Below are positions 39,089 through 51,440 of a DNA stretch of 64,000 bases, piece after piece. The notes under the pieces are model-generated. The model searched no databases and had not been told where the DNA came from. It saw only the letters and a program-made list of their open reading frames with translations. This DNA is from Pseudogymnoascus verrucosus (Eukaryota): NCBI GenBank assembly GCA_001662655.1, contig KV460241.1; one strand, 5' to 3'. How positions within the stretch are numbered: position 1 is the first letter of the stretch; the number at the start of each line of letters is the position of its first letter. A program made the translations under genes and the position numbers.

Positions 39089-39711
39089 TGAGATTTACTG
39101 CCTTTGCTGCACGATTTTGGAAGCACTCTACCGACCATCACGAACTCGAGAGAGATTTGGCATACAACCCATACCACCTCACCTCAACACTCCCGATACT
39201 CACGAAACCTACATTCCACACTCTTAAACGACCCGCAAACGAAACGCAATACTTCACAACCTACAAATTTTATCCCACCACCACACAAAAACCTTTTTAC
39301 CAACCTTCAATAATACCAACCTTTTTAATCAACCAAATTTATTTCGAACACAACGGCGTCTGAGAAACGGAGAGCAGGAGAAGCGGAGAGCAAGCGGAGG
39401 AGTCAGGCATACATGCATAACGGCGTTTTTCACACCAATCGATTTCCACTTTGCGGACAATCGATTGGGGATGGCGGGCAGGAGGGGATAATAAGGGATG
39501 GGCGATAGTAATCACATACAATAATGATGCGCCACATGGCGCGGGGGCCCGGGGAGGGGGGGTGAAAATGAAACGGTCGCTACAGGCTGCTGGGGGATGG
39601 ATGTATAGAACACTCGCTTTGTGTGTATAGAAAGGCGGGGATGAGCATGGGGAGAGACAGTCTTGGCTGGTCCCGAGATGAGATGCTTGGAATGGAGATA
39701 TTACTCACTCA

Positions 39712-39820
39712 CTACTTGATTGAATGCTTGGTGATTGCTTGGTGACTGCTTGGTGACTGCTTGGTGACTGCTTGTGACTGCTCCATGATTGCTTGGTGAT
39801 TGCTTGGTAATTGCTTGACT
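39712..39820. repeat. 11-bp minisatellite (TGCTTGGTGAC)n, about 9 degenerate copies
   Basis: Directly visible tandem units. Confidence 0.9.
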
Positions 39821-40123
39821 ATTTCATTGACTACTCTACCCGGAGAATCTGAAAACGTGGGATATGAGTATAGAGTGACAGACAAATAGATACAGCGGGA
39901 TCGGTTCAATCCAGTTAAGCAATCAATTCAATTCAACTTTCAACTCAGCTATCCATCCCCTCCGCTACAAGAATGGGTATTTGCATATGCCATCACACAT
40001 CACATCATTTATTTCATTTTCCCCCTCCCCCCTCTCTTTTCCCCCTTCCCCTTCCCCCTCTCCCACCCTCTCGTCCTTTCTCCCCCCCTCCCCCATGACC
40101 CCAGAGTCTCAGGGCGTAGCCCC

Positions 40124-41455
40124 TCACCTCCCCTGCCACAACCCCCGACTAGCCTCCCTAATCCTCTCCTCCTGCTTCTCAATCTCCGCACCACTCTGCC
40201 CCTGCCCACTCCGTCTCGTCAACAGCCCCGCCCCCGCCTTCGTCGGCTCCTCCGTCGTATCCATCTTCACATCCCCCTCCGCATCTCTCCCCCCTCCCTC
40301 CCGGTCGGGATACGTCTCAACCCCCTCATCATTCAGCGCAGCCTTCCTCGCAATCGCCGCCAACGCCGGCCCCGCGCCTCCAGTGTTAGAATCCGGCGTA
40401 GCGTCAGAAGATGAATTCCCCGCCGCCGCCCTCTCAGGCTCCCCACTCCTCGCCCCATCCATATGCCCCGACCCCTCCCTCAACTTATTAATCGCCCTCA
40501 CCGTATCAATCGCAGCATGCAGCGTGCGTCTCGCATTAAAGTTCTTCCTAACAGTCGGCAGCAAATCGCTCTGTCCCTCCTGTTCCTCTTGTGGCCTCGC
40601 CGCCAAGAACGGATGCGCGAGTGCTTCTTGTGCGGTTGGACGAGCAGACGGATCGACGGTGAGGCAGCGGGATACAAAGTCTTTTGCGGAGTCGGAGACG
40701 CCGCGCCAGAAGGCGAGGGGCTCGAAGCGGTAGTCTGCTATGAGGATGGCTTGCATTTCTTCGAGGTTGGAGTCCCGGTCGAAGGGGGTGTAGCCACAGA
40801 GTAAGAAATAAGTAATGACGCCGATGGCCCAGACGTCGACGGGTTTGCCGTGCCCTGCTTTCTTGAAGATTTCAGGCGCCATGTAACCTGGTGTTCCGCA
40901 CGTGGTTGTCAGGACGTGGAAGTGCTCGTCGTCCATGATTCTTGAGAGGCCAAAATCGGCAATGAGTAAATCGGCGTTGTCTTCAGGGGTGCGGAAGAGG
41001 AGGTTCTCCGGCTTGAGATCCCGATGCACGATGCCGTGGGCGTGGAGGTAAGCGACAGCAGAGAGGGTAGCGAGGATCAGAGACGCGGCGTCGGATTCGT
41101 AGTAATTCCCCTTACGGCAAATGCGGTCGAAGAGTTCGCCGCCGAGCGCGAGGTCAGTGACGAGGTAGAGGTTGTTCTGCGTCTCGAAGTAGTCGACCAG
41201 CGTGAGGATGTTACGGTGGCCCATGGAGACGCGCTTGAGGACTGCAATTTCGTTGCGCACCATGTGTTCGCGCCCGGCCATGAGGCGCTTGTTGATTACT
41301 TTGGCGGCGTAGTAGCGTCCGGTGTCGATGTGAACGCATTCTTTGACGACGGAATACGAGCCGGCGCCCAACGTCTTGCCGGTCTTGTAGTGGCACGGCT
41401 GGACCTTGGGAGGGGTGCGCGACGCTGACGTGGGGTAGGGGGCGTCGTAGCTCAT
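40124..41455 (-). CDS. Ca2+/calmodulin-dependent protein kinase (CmkB-like), single ORF
   Basis: LGAGSYSVV, YAAKVI, HRDLKPEN, DFGLS, TTCGTPGYMAPE, CaM-binding-like FNARRTLHAAIDTVRAINKL. Confidence 0.93.
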   Translation of the reverse strand: MSYDAPYPTSASRTPPKVQPCHYKTGKTLGAGSYSVVKECVHIDTGRYYAAKVINKRLMAGREHMVRNEIAVLKRVSMGHRNILTLVDYFETQNNLYLVTDLALGGELFDRICRKGNYYESDAASLILATLSAVAYLHAHGIVHRDLKPENLLFRTPEDNADLLIADFGLSRIMDDEHFHVLTTTCGTPGYMAPEIFKKAGHGKPVDVWAIGVITYFLLCGYTPFDRDSNLEEMQAILIADYRFEPLAFWRGVSDSAKDFVSRCLTVDPSARPTAQEALAHPFLAARPQEEQEGQSDLLPTVRKNFNARRTLHAAIDTVRAINKLREGSGHMDGARSGEPERAAAGNSSSDATPDSNTGGAGPALAAIARKAALNDEGVETYPDREGGGRDAEGDVKMDTTEEPTKAGAGLLTRRSGQGQSGAEIEKQEERIREASRGLWQGR

Positions 41456-42084
41456 CGTCGCATGTGCTGGGTGTTGTGTATGTGGTGGACGAGGAGAGGA
41501 GAGGTGGAGGAGATGTTTCGAGGTCGAGGAGTTGGAGTTGTTGGAGGTGGTGGAGAGGGGCGGTGGTGGTTATCAAGGCGAGGGCGGTGGGCGATAAGGA
41601 TGTGTAAGTGAGGGGTCCAGAGCGAGTCGAGTCGAGTCGTCGTGCTAGCTGAGTACGTACTGTCCTAAACCTCTCTCTAGTGGATTCGCACAAACAATAC
41701 CAAGGAATAAGAGGACGTCGCACGATCCGGTTCGCGATGGAGGTTATAGGGCTGAGATGTGCGAACGACTATTGAGGGACAAAGAGGGGACTTTGCGCGC
41801 GGCGCGGGGAAATGGATATATATTGCGCGTTCACGTTTTTTTTCAGCCGCTCCTTAACGTACTTATGGCACTCTGCATTAGCAGCTGCTGTTTGGGGTGC
41901 CATGATTCGTGCCTGCTGAGTAATTGGAGGTAGGGGTGCTGCCAATTATGGTGCTCGTATGAGATTCCAGAGCCAGGGTCGCGGAAGGGCGGGGAGGTGA
42001 AATTAAGGGATTTTGTAGTGGGATTGTTAGAATGAGTACTATTTCTTGCTATATTATTTGCATTCTCGGCGCCAAACTGACTAC

Positions 42085-43690
42085 GGTAGTAATTGTAAAC
42101 GTTTATAAAACGGTTAGAATGAAGCCGTAGAGGGCATATTGTAGATCAGCGCAAAATGGGCTATAAAACTCGACATATGCGCCAAAACTGTGTATATACA
42201 GAACACGGTTGACATCGTGGATTTGCGCAAAATCAGCTATAAGTACAGAATTTAGTGCTAAATCCTACTATATGGCGTAAATCGTTTATAAAACACTTAC
42301 GAGGCCTTTTGCAGATCAACTCAATACAGCTTAATACGGATGACATCGTAGAGTTGGCGCAAACCACGCCTCGAAAACTGATATTAGCGCCAAACCGAAA
42401 CGTAAATAGACCACCATCGATATCGTAGAATTGCGCAAAAGAGTGCAATAAAATTGAAATCTGCGCTGTAATCTTAGATGTGTTTGTTAAACGTTTATAA
42501 TGCTTGTTACGGAGCACATCGTAGCTTTGGCGCAAATGAAGCTTTAAAACTGATATCTGCACCAAAATGAAGAGTAAACAGAACACGGTCGACATCGTAG
42601 ACTTGCGCAGAATAGACTATTAGATTGTAAAACTGCGCTAAAACAGAATATATGCAGGATGCGTTCGTAATATATTCGTAATGCATTATGAGGTCTGGTG
42701 CAGCAGACAGGCACTGCCAAAGCTGTATATGAATATATAGCATAGAGGAATGAATTTGCGGGACCAACGTAGGTCTAACGCAAGTCTAACGCAGATCTAA
42801 CGCACAGGCTGCACGCGCAGACAGAATCGTAGTTTGAGTAAGATGGGCAGATGAGCTCAAAATACGAAAGGAGTAGTGAAAACGGACCTAATAGGGGCAG
42901 GAAACGGACCCGTTACGGAGCACATCGTATATTTGCGCAAAACAGGCAATTAAATCCGAAATCTGTGCTAAATCAAAGAGCGGAGCGAAAGCAACGGTAA
43001 GAGCAAAGGCAAAATCAAGAGGAAGAGCAACGGTGAAAGCAAGGGCAAGACAACGGTAAAAGTAGCACAATACCAACCACAAAGACAATGGTAAAGTAAG
43101 AGAAGAGCAACGGCAACGACAACGGCACAACCAAGGAGAGGGCAATGGTAAAAGTAACGGCAAAAAAAAAGGAAGGGCAAAGGCAGAGTAAGAAGAGTAA
43201 GCAAAGGAAGGGCAACAGCAAAAGTCAACGGCAAAGCAATAGCAAAATCAATGGTAACAGCAACGGCAAGCAACGGCAAAAACAAGAGGAAAAGCAAGAT
43301 TAGACCGTGTTTAAACCTAGATCAAACCATTAAAGCTGTATTCGCGCAGGATAGACTACAAAACCCGACATTTGCTCCAAAACGTAAGATTGTAAATTTG
43401 AAGAGCAGATATTTGCGCAGAATAGAGATAGTAAGTGGAACACTGCGCAAAAAGGGCTGGCCGGTATTCCAAGCTGGTATTCCGAGTAGTCTAAGCAAAA
43501 CAAGCATATCATCGACAATTGCGTTAAATCGACTATGGAAGCTGAAATCTGCGCTAAAGCAGATAGATTGTAAAGTTGAAGAGCAAATATACGCGCAGAA
43601 TAGAACCATAGATAGAAAAGGTGCGCAGAACAGTCCGTCCGGTATTCCATACAGCTGGTATTCCAAAAGCAATCTTGCGTAGAATAGAGT
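42085..43690. repeat. Degenerate higher-order repeat (~170-210-bp units built from short TGCGC(A/T)AAA-type subunits) with a central purine-rich low-complexity tract (~42970-43300)
   Basis: Recurring CAGAACACGGT.GACATCGT.GA.TTGCGCA at ~42199, ~42407 and ~42579; TTACGGAGCACATCGTA at ~42507 and ~42913; a 178-bp-period pair at ~43388 and ~43566. Confidence 0.75.
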
Positions 43691-43861
43691 AGAAAATAGG
43701 AAAAGTGCGTCGGAACCCAAAAGATGTGTTTATGTTTCATTTCAAAGCTACACGGAATACTGTAGCAGGTATAAGTATGAGAAGGCATACCCTTCTCCTT
43801 TAAGCAGAACCACATCACTCCAATCTCCACAATTTCTCCAAAACTAAAAAGAAAAGAAAAA

Positions 43862-44292
43862 ATGCTCTCCCACCTCTTCACCGTCTCCATCCTCGCCTTG
43901 TCTGTCGTTGTTTCCGCCACTGCGGTGCCAGCAGTAGACGAGGTAGGAATATGGCGGTTGTGTTGTAAGATCATTTTCAGCTGATGTGCGACATATCTAG
44001 ACCGCGGACGCCATCGTCAAGCGTGCGTGCCAGCCCGCGTGCTGCGATCTCCTCGTTCAAGTGAGACCTCCTCCCACGCTCCGAACCCTAACATCTTCTC
44101 AACTTTGAATAGTCACACGACGGCACTCTTGATGGCGTCCAATGCGAACGTGGCGGAATTGACTGTCCTTTCTCTGGTCAACTAACGGCCTGCTGCGAGT
44201 CATTTACGGTACGTCTTTGCCCGTCACTACGCATGTAAAGTGGTCTAACATGCACGTAGTTGTCGACAAACGCCCACAAATGCACCTTATAG
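43862..44292 (+). CDS. Hydrophobin-like small secreted 8-cysteine protein (89 aa; exons 43862-43942, 44001-44060, 44113-44208, 44260-44292)
   Basis: MLSHLFTVSILALSVVVSATAVPAVDE|TADAIVKRACQPACCDLLVQ|SHDGTLDGVQCERGGIDCPFSGQLTACCESFT|LSTNAHKCTL*; C-CC-C-C-CC-C pattern; canonical introns. Confidence 0.85.
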
Positions 44293-44901
44293 GCATACGT
44301 ACCACGGATCGGTATGGTTCTAGCGGGTGATAAGTAGCGCACGAGCATTGCACTCTAGTATATCAGGCAAATGAGACTGCGCCTTCTCGGCATTGGAGTT
44401 CGCTGTCTGCGGTTTGACAATTCAGATGGCGTTCTTTTTCTTCACAAGCGGTAGTCTCCTAAGACGTACTAGAGCGCAATGGCATTCAAAGTGATATCCG
44501 ACTGTTCTTTTATGCTTGACAATGTGAAGCCACCGACCCAGCCACCATCCTCTCCCGCTGTCTGCACAGACTCTCTTAGCTACTAAGGATCGCTTTCCAC
44601 CAAGACGCCTTTATTGTCTACCACGGCCCATTACTTCCAAAACTAGGTCTGTATAGATGGGGAATGGATCAGCCGGGGGTGATCTCCTGATCGCCGAGGG
44701 TCGCAGAGATTGCTGGAGGTCGCCAAGGTTCGCTCCAGGTCGGTAAGGATCTCTGGCGTTTTGCTAGGAGCTGTGGGTGTTTAGAGAGGTGATTTCTCAT
44801 GGCTGCTGAGGGCTGTGGCCGCTCAGAGGTGGCTACGAGGCTTACCTACGAGGCTTAGTCAGCTGATCCGTGGTGGGTAGTCTGTGGCAGGACACCGCTC
44901 A

Positions 44902-45176
44902 AGTACAAATCACAAGAAACTGGAAACGGGATGCGACGTAGAAATGTACTACTACAGCTGTGGCAGTACGAATGCAAGAAACTGGAGACGGAATACGACG
45001 TAGAATTGTACTACTACAGCCGTGGCAGTACAAACTCAAGAAACTAGAAAGGGGATAAGTAGAAATGTACTATTGCAGCTGTGGCAGTACGAATGACAAG
45101 AAACTGGAAACGGAATGCGACGTAGAAATGTACTACTACAGCTGTGGCAGTACAAATAACAAGAAACCGAAAACGA
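44902..45176. repeat. ~62-bp minisatellite, 4 full copies plus a partial copy
   Basis: Unit approximately AGTAC.AAT.ACAAGAAACTGGAAACGG.ATGCGACGTAGAAATGTACTACTACAGCTGTGGC, head-to-tail. Confidence 0.93.
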
Positions 45177-45853
45177 TTAAAGGCCGCGTTGGTCAGGGTG
45201 AAGAGGGCGCCTCGGTTTCAAGAAACAGAATATGGGGCAGGACTCCACCACTATAGATTGGACACTCCGATTCTACTGCTGGAAAACAAGAAACAGAATA
45301 TCGGGCAGTAAAATCTAGTGAAACAGTATAGCTGTCTCCGAGTGTCGGGAAGAGTTCAGTAGTACGATTCTCCTTTGTTGACAGCGAAGAAAATCAACCA
45401 CTAAGCCTCACGCAACACCAGCCTTAATAGTAATGGTTTGAGTTTATCGATCCATCAATCGAGATACAACAATAGCTGTTTTACAACTAGAAACCTACAT
45501 GGCTAATAGTCCTCCTAAGAGCTATAACGGCTTATTACTATTATAAAGAGCTTAGTAGTATAGAAGGCATAGTTATTAAAGGGTGTAAATTAAGGCTGTA
45601 ACTATAAATGCATTTATATGCCACTATACGTTTTTAGCTATAGTAAGGCTAACTAGGAGGATCTATTAGGTAAGGCTATGTAGTATGGAGGGGGGAGAGG
45701 GCTAAGCGTTACATAATAAGGGTACCTGTAGAAACTATGCACTTCGCTTCCTCTCGTGTCCTAAACGCGCATTTCGCTTCCTCCAACCTCGAGCGAAAGC
45801 GAAAAATAGTTTGGTCACAACGATTATATTCCGAAATCCCGCATCTAATCCCC

Positions 45854-47763
45854 TCACCAGTGTCGCTGCCCCTGCGCCAACCCTGGCGAAAACTCCTTCC
45901 CGACCTCCGACTCACCCTTACTACTCTCCCAAACGCGCCACCAATCCCACAACCGCCCCGCCTCCTCGCACATCCTCACATCCCCTCTCTCAGCCCTCTC
46001 TCTTAATTCGCTCGTGACGAATGCCAAGACATCATGCCCCAAGTCTCCATCCTTCAATAGGCACGGTCGATCCCGGACAATCGCAACAGTACGATCAATA
46101 ACATACGCCGCTAGCAAGGTATTAGCTTCCAGACTACCTGCTGTAAGAGTGCCCATATTCAGGCCCAAGTCAAAGCAAGCAGCTACGATGTTTGCATTTA
46201 GGATGTAGAGATTTAGTTCCTGGGAGCTGGAAACCAGGATAAAGATGGCGAGGAGGATGCCGGATTGAATGCCTGGGAGAGAATCCCATTTTCCAGTGCC
46301 GTAGGATTTGATGCCCAGGTAGAAGTAGTGCTGAGCAAGCAGAGGTGGTTGCGAACATCGTTGTGAAAGAATGAAGGATGAGATGGCCCATGCGAAAAGT
46401 CCGCTGCTCCTTTTTCCAGGTTGTGAAGGTGTCAAATGGGAGTCGTTTACTGAAGGGCAATCCTGCATGGCTTGTGGTGGCAAAATTGAGAATAGGGGTT
46501 GGATGACTTCATAGAACGTGCGGTTGTAGAGGTAGCCTTTAGTTTGGTTTTGGATAGATACCCCACAGGTGCCATCTTCCAGCGAGAGTGTCTGACTTTG
46601 CATAGACTCTGTGAAATGCATCCGTTGAAGACTAGGAGTTGAAATGGCCTTGGTAGTTTCGTAGAAGAGCTCACTAAGGTCTTGTTCCGGCCAACCAGAT
46701 TGCTGGCCTATAGGAAAGACATCCGATGTTGCCCTACGACGTGAATTCTTACCTTCGCCATATATATCAAAATCGTGGCTGAGCGAGTTCATTGAAGAAC
46801 GTCTGGAATGTGATGGTAGGCTCTGGTTTGTGACGGAAAGGTTGTCGCAGTCAGACACGTAACTTGGTGCTATGATTGAGGGTGTGGAGAGACCGCTCCA
46901 TGAACTAACACTTAGTTCTGGTAGGCAAAACAAAGGCAGGTCCGTATCTGGCCCGTTGAATTGAGACAAAGTGGGAGATTGAGGTCGGAATCCATCCCAT
47001 GAAGTTATTTCGATCTGGGGAATTTCCAGAGTGAGTTGCGACGGATTAATAGGTAGCCTGTGGCGCTCTTGGGGACGCAGCGACGCTAGGAAATCACCTT
47101 GCATAGATGTTTCGCTAGGACAAAGAGATATCGCCCTTGGGCGTCCGTGATTTCTGTGTTCGTTCTGATTAGGGGTTGGCTCCGCTGAGAACGGCGCTGT
47201 AGACCAAGGTGGTACATCGCTAGGACTGAAATGCTCTGGTACGCTTGGAGTCGCACTTGGTGGATGGCTCCATGCCAGAAAACTTTGAGAATATTCGCTC
47301 AGAACGGATGGAAAGTCGTCTAATTTCGGCTCATGGAAACCGGGCGAAGAAGGTGTCTGTAGTGTCAGCCTAGGCGGCTCCAACCTTCCTGGTGATTGTG
47401 ATGGTCTAGCTGCTGGACTGGATATGAATTCTTGTGCCAGTCCTGGCATGCTCACATCAGCAATATGATTGTTTGGGTTGGTGTGTATCGCAACAAGCTT
47501 CTCTTCCAGACATCTAATTCTATCCTCTAGAGCGCTGAATTCAAAGTCAGCATGATGGGTCCTAGTCGAATGTGAACAAGACACGAAAGAACCCACGCCT
47601 GCTGTTGTTCTTCCCTCTTTTCTGCTGAATCTTGAAATTTACATACGACGCGCATCCTTGTGCACTGCTCGCAAGGAAAGAACTCGTCACATTTAATCTT
47701 CCTCCTCCTGCAGCGCTCACAAGCCTTTGCCGCCATTTGGCGAGGTGGTTTCCTAGTCGCCAT
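45854..47763 (-). CDS. Zn(II)2Cys6 transcription factor; intron ~47536-47596
   Basis: ACERCRRRKIKCDEFFPCEQCTRMRVVC, coiled-coil ALEDRIRCLEEKL, fungal TF-domain-like CFDLGLN...AYVIDRTVAIVRDRPCLL. Confidence 0.88.
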
Positions 47764-48321
47764 TTCTTTATTGTATATCCTCTAGTCTCTAGTCGTGAAT
47801 CCGCTGCGATTCGATCCAGATCCAATTGAGCTAGGTCTCTTAGCCCCTTTCGGTTTCATTTAAAAGATAGTTAGACTCACATGTTTCCAAAAAGCACGGC
47901 CACGCAAATACTGCAATCCCCTTACTTACTTCCCCGACCCAAGGAGCCGACACGCTCAATTCCCCGATTATCCCAGAAGAAGGACTGCTAGAAAGTATTC
48001 AGTCTCGTCCATCCAGCAGCCACCCACACAATCTGAATCCTCGCTCTATAGCCTTCCTAGTGTCGATTCAGCTGCTACATTCTCTCTTCATAGGCTTTGA
48101 AGGAATCCCTGAGGGTTTTCCTGGAAATGGAGGATTGGTCTGATGGACTCCAATTGTGGTGCAGAAAATTGACACTTCCATTTCATTCATTCCAGCTACT
48201 CACGATGCGCATGAGCCCTGGCATATATTCTTCCGGATGTGCGACAAAGGCAGACAGGCTTCGGAGACCAGCCTCAGAATGAAGCGGGGTCACGTTGGGG
48301 CTGTGCCTGTCTTGGTTTACG

Positions 48322-48485
48322 GATACAGAACTTGGCACCTCTCAGTTGCTGCGATTGTGGGCTGTCCCGCACTCTCCACTCAACCAACTGTCGACGGAAC
48401 ATGATACAGAACTTGGCACTTCTCACTTGTTGCGAGCGCTAGCCGTCTCGCTATCTCCACTCAACCAACTGTCAACCGAACATGA
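48322..48485. repeat. 81-bp tandem duplication (2 diverged copies)
   Basis: GATACAGAACTTGGCAC...TCTCCACTCAACCAACTGTC.AC.GAACAT starts at 48322 and 48403. Confidence 0.9.
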
Positions 48486-49275
48486 GTGCACTGCCTCAAT
48501 TGACTTCTACTTCTATGTACCCACTCCTCTCTTTCCTCTCCAACCATTAACCTCGAGAACAATACGGAACTAAGATTACCCGTCGCGCATACCAACACGC
48601 AAAGGCGGGCATCCCCTCCCACTAACACCGCCGTCCTAGAATCAAATTAGCGGCAAGCGGGGGTGGTGGAGTAAACTTAGTTATCCACCACCCGCTCGCT
48701 TGGCTAAGAGACACAGTCCCGAATTTTGCCATTGCTCATCCCGATGCCCAGATTATATCATGCCAGGCAAGAACTGCTGAACTATACTTCGCATTAGATA
48801 GGCAGCCTTGTCATATATTCACGGGGACTGGCCAATCACATAATTTTGAAAGAATTTGGTGCCGTATTTGCACCATGCAATTCTTTGTAGGCGCCGCCCT
48901 AGTCTGCCCTCAAAGGTTCGAATGGGGCATTTAGCTTTGAGCACAGGCCTACAGGCCTACAGACCTGGGGTAAATCCTTGTTCAACAAGCACCGCTCAAT
49001 TATAATTAAGTTGATGCCCCGGAAAGAACACCGAGTTCCGCTGCCAATGTGATATAAATTTTGAAGCAATTTACAGTATCTTGCCATGTACAGCCTATCC
49101 TCAACTCTAGGGACTTCCCGTGTCTATCTCCCGAGAATCATCTAATCCTCCTATATCCTCTAAATAAAACTATTCAACCTAACTATAAGACTCATCTCGA
49201 GTGCGGGGCCAGTGAACACTGCACTCGACACCATCATAACCTCTCCTATCTCGCCGTGAAGAAGCTCAGCACCGT

Positions 49276-51440
49276 CTACGCCCCAATTTTAGGATTCTTA
49301 TCTCCCCTATAAGTCAACCCTGTTATCCCTACATTCTCCACATGCATTCCACTCTCATCCTTCTCAAGCACTTTGCCTTCAAGATCGGTGATACTCGGGG
49401 CGCCGAATAATTCGTCCATCTCATCTAGGGTCTTGCCTTTAGTCTCTGGAATGAAGAAATAGGCCCAGAAACCCATAAGCACCATAAGTGTCCCGAAGAA
49501 CATGTAGGTGCCATAGCCGAGGGAGGTGATCTGTAGAATGTGTGTTAGTGGGATGAATGGTAATGAAGGTAAGTAGGATCGGGAGATGGAGACGTGCAAG
49601 GAATAATAAGAGGGAGGAATTTACCATATATGGAGTTGTACGGGAGATAACGAAAGACCATAGCCATTGGTCAGCAGTCTATATGTCCGTATTAGATCGT
49701 TGAAAATTTGTAGTAGAAAGGTACGAGAACTTACGGTGAGAGCCACACAAAGCAATCTAATATCATGAGGGAAGATTTCAGAGCAGTAGACCCAGGTGAT
49801 ACCTGTTTATCGTTACACGTTCGCAATTTTGACATCTTTCAAGCACAGAACCAACTCGATCTAAAAAATAGAAAAAGGGTGAGAGCACATACCTTGCCAA
49901 GTCGCGCAATAAATAAACCCATAAAGATACACACACACCATCGCTATGTACCCAGCAGCACTCTGTGACACATGGCCGGAAGCAGCTGCAGTCGCTGGGT
50001 CGGCTTTGAATACATAGCCGCCAATGTACCACATTGGGAGGGAGCCGATGAAGGCACCGTAGATAAGACCGTTGCGGCGGCCGACTCGCTCAACGAGATA
50101 TATTGACTGTGGGTTAGATATTAGTGACTATCGCAGTTTGGAGGCGGTACGTGACATACGAAGACAACCATGCCTAAGGTTTTGGCAACACCGTAAAATC
50201 CTGTTGCAAAAAGCTTGGTATCGGTTCCTGTGATGCCGAGAGTTTCGAAGATACGGGGAGAATAGTACGTGATAATATTAACACCGGTGAGGTTCTGGAA
50301 GGCCATGAGCAGCAATCCGATGACAATGCGATTCCTCGTTCCTTTTTCAAACAAGCGCTTGAACATATATTTCTTGCTCATCTTTCCGCCACCTGGGGGC
50401 ATTCCAATCAATGCTTGAGCGCGAATACTAGCCATTTCATCACGGATATATTCGTCATCGGTGGAGAGATTTCGGATCCAACACAATGTCTCCTTGGCCT
50501 TCTCCCAGTCGTCTTGCATCGCATACCAACGGGGTGATTCGGGGCACCAAAAAATGCCGATAAAGAGGAGGGCTCCAGGAACAAGCTGAAGGGCTAATGG
50601 AATAATCCATTGGGTTTTGGTAGAATCACTGATGGTTTGGTTGACGGCATAATTGATCCAAAAGCCACACATGCCTCCGGCTCTATGAGCATTGTTAGTG
50701 GCATACGGATAATGTAGAAGGGAAGACATACTGAGACAGGATTTCAAATATACCGACCAAACGACCCCGTATAGAGGGTGGTGAGGTCTCGGCGATATAG
50801 ACCGGGACGAGAAGGGAGACGGAGCCGATACCGAGGCCAGCAATGGCCCGACCTGCAATGATCAATTCGATTTTACCATTCGAGGCAGTCTGAAAGGTCA
50901 GCTTCTAGTTGCATGATTATTAATGCGACAGTTACCATAAGTATTCCTCCAAGCAAGAAGATTAAACTCGCGAATATGATAGCCTTTTTGCGACCAAACT
51001 TCTCACCAAGAGGGAATGTGAGGAGGGCACCTAAAATGGTATTAGGACGATTCACTTTCTAAGAGTACCATTACTCCATACCGAAGAATGTCCCAGCCTG
51101 GAACGTGGAAACAATGTTTCCCTGAAGCGTATCCCGTTGGTGCTGAGTTGCTTTGTTAAGGCCAAAATCCCTCTTGAAGGAATCCAGAGCCACCGCATAA
51201 TTATAAGCCTGGAACTCTAGAGACGAGAGTTATTCAACTTACTTGTACCACCTATAACAGATGTATCGTAACCCACTGCAATGCACGTCAATCACACCTA
51301 CAAAGACCAAGGTGGAAGGAAGGTAAGAGTCACATACTAGCAACGGAACCCATAGACGCAATAATAGCGATCATATGAATCCTCCAATTCCTCACCGCAG
51401 GCGGATCATCGGTATTGTTGGCATGTAAAGCGAAACCCAT
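49276..51440 (-). CDS. MFS sugar-porter family transporter (quinate permease-like), many introns; one splice acceptor is non-canonical
   Basis: [26 protein letters not shown]...[74 protein letters not shown]. Confidence 0.88.

Noticed and set aside
42888..43297. Very hydrophobic ORFs resembling membrane proteins
   Set aside because: They are translations of the reverse strand of a purine-rich low-complexity tract and are open in all three frames.
44664..44871. Possible ~205-bp MITE bounded by GGATCAGC / GCTGATCC
   Set aside because: The inverted match is short and no target-site duplication was found.
44902..45176. Regularly spaced repeats resembling a CRISPR array
   Set aside because: Units are head-to-tail with no unique spacers, there are no cas genes, and the DNA is eukaryotic.
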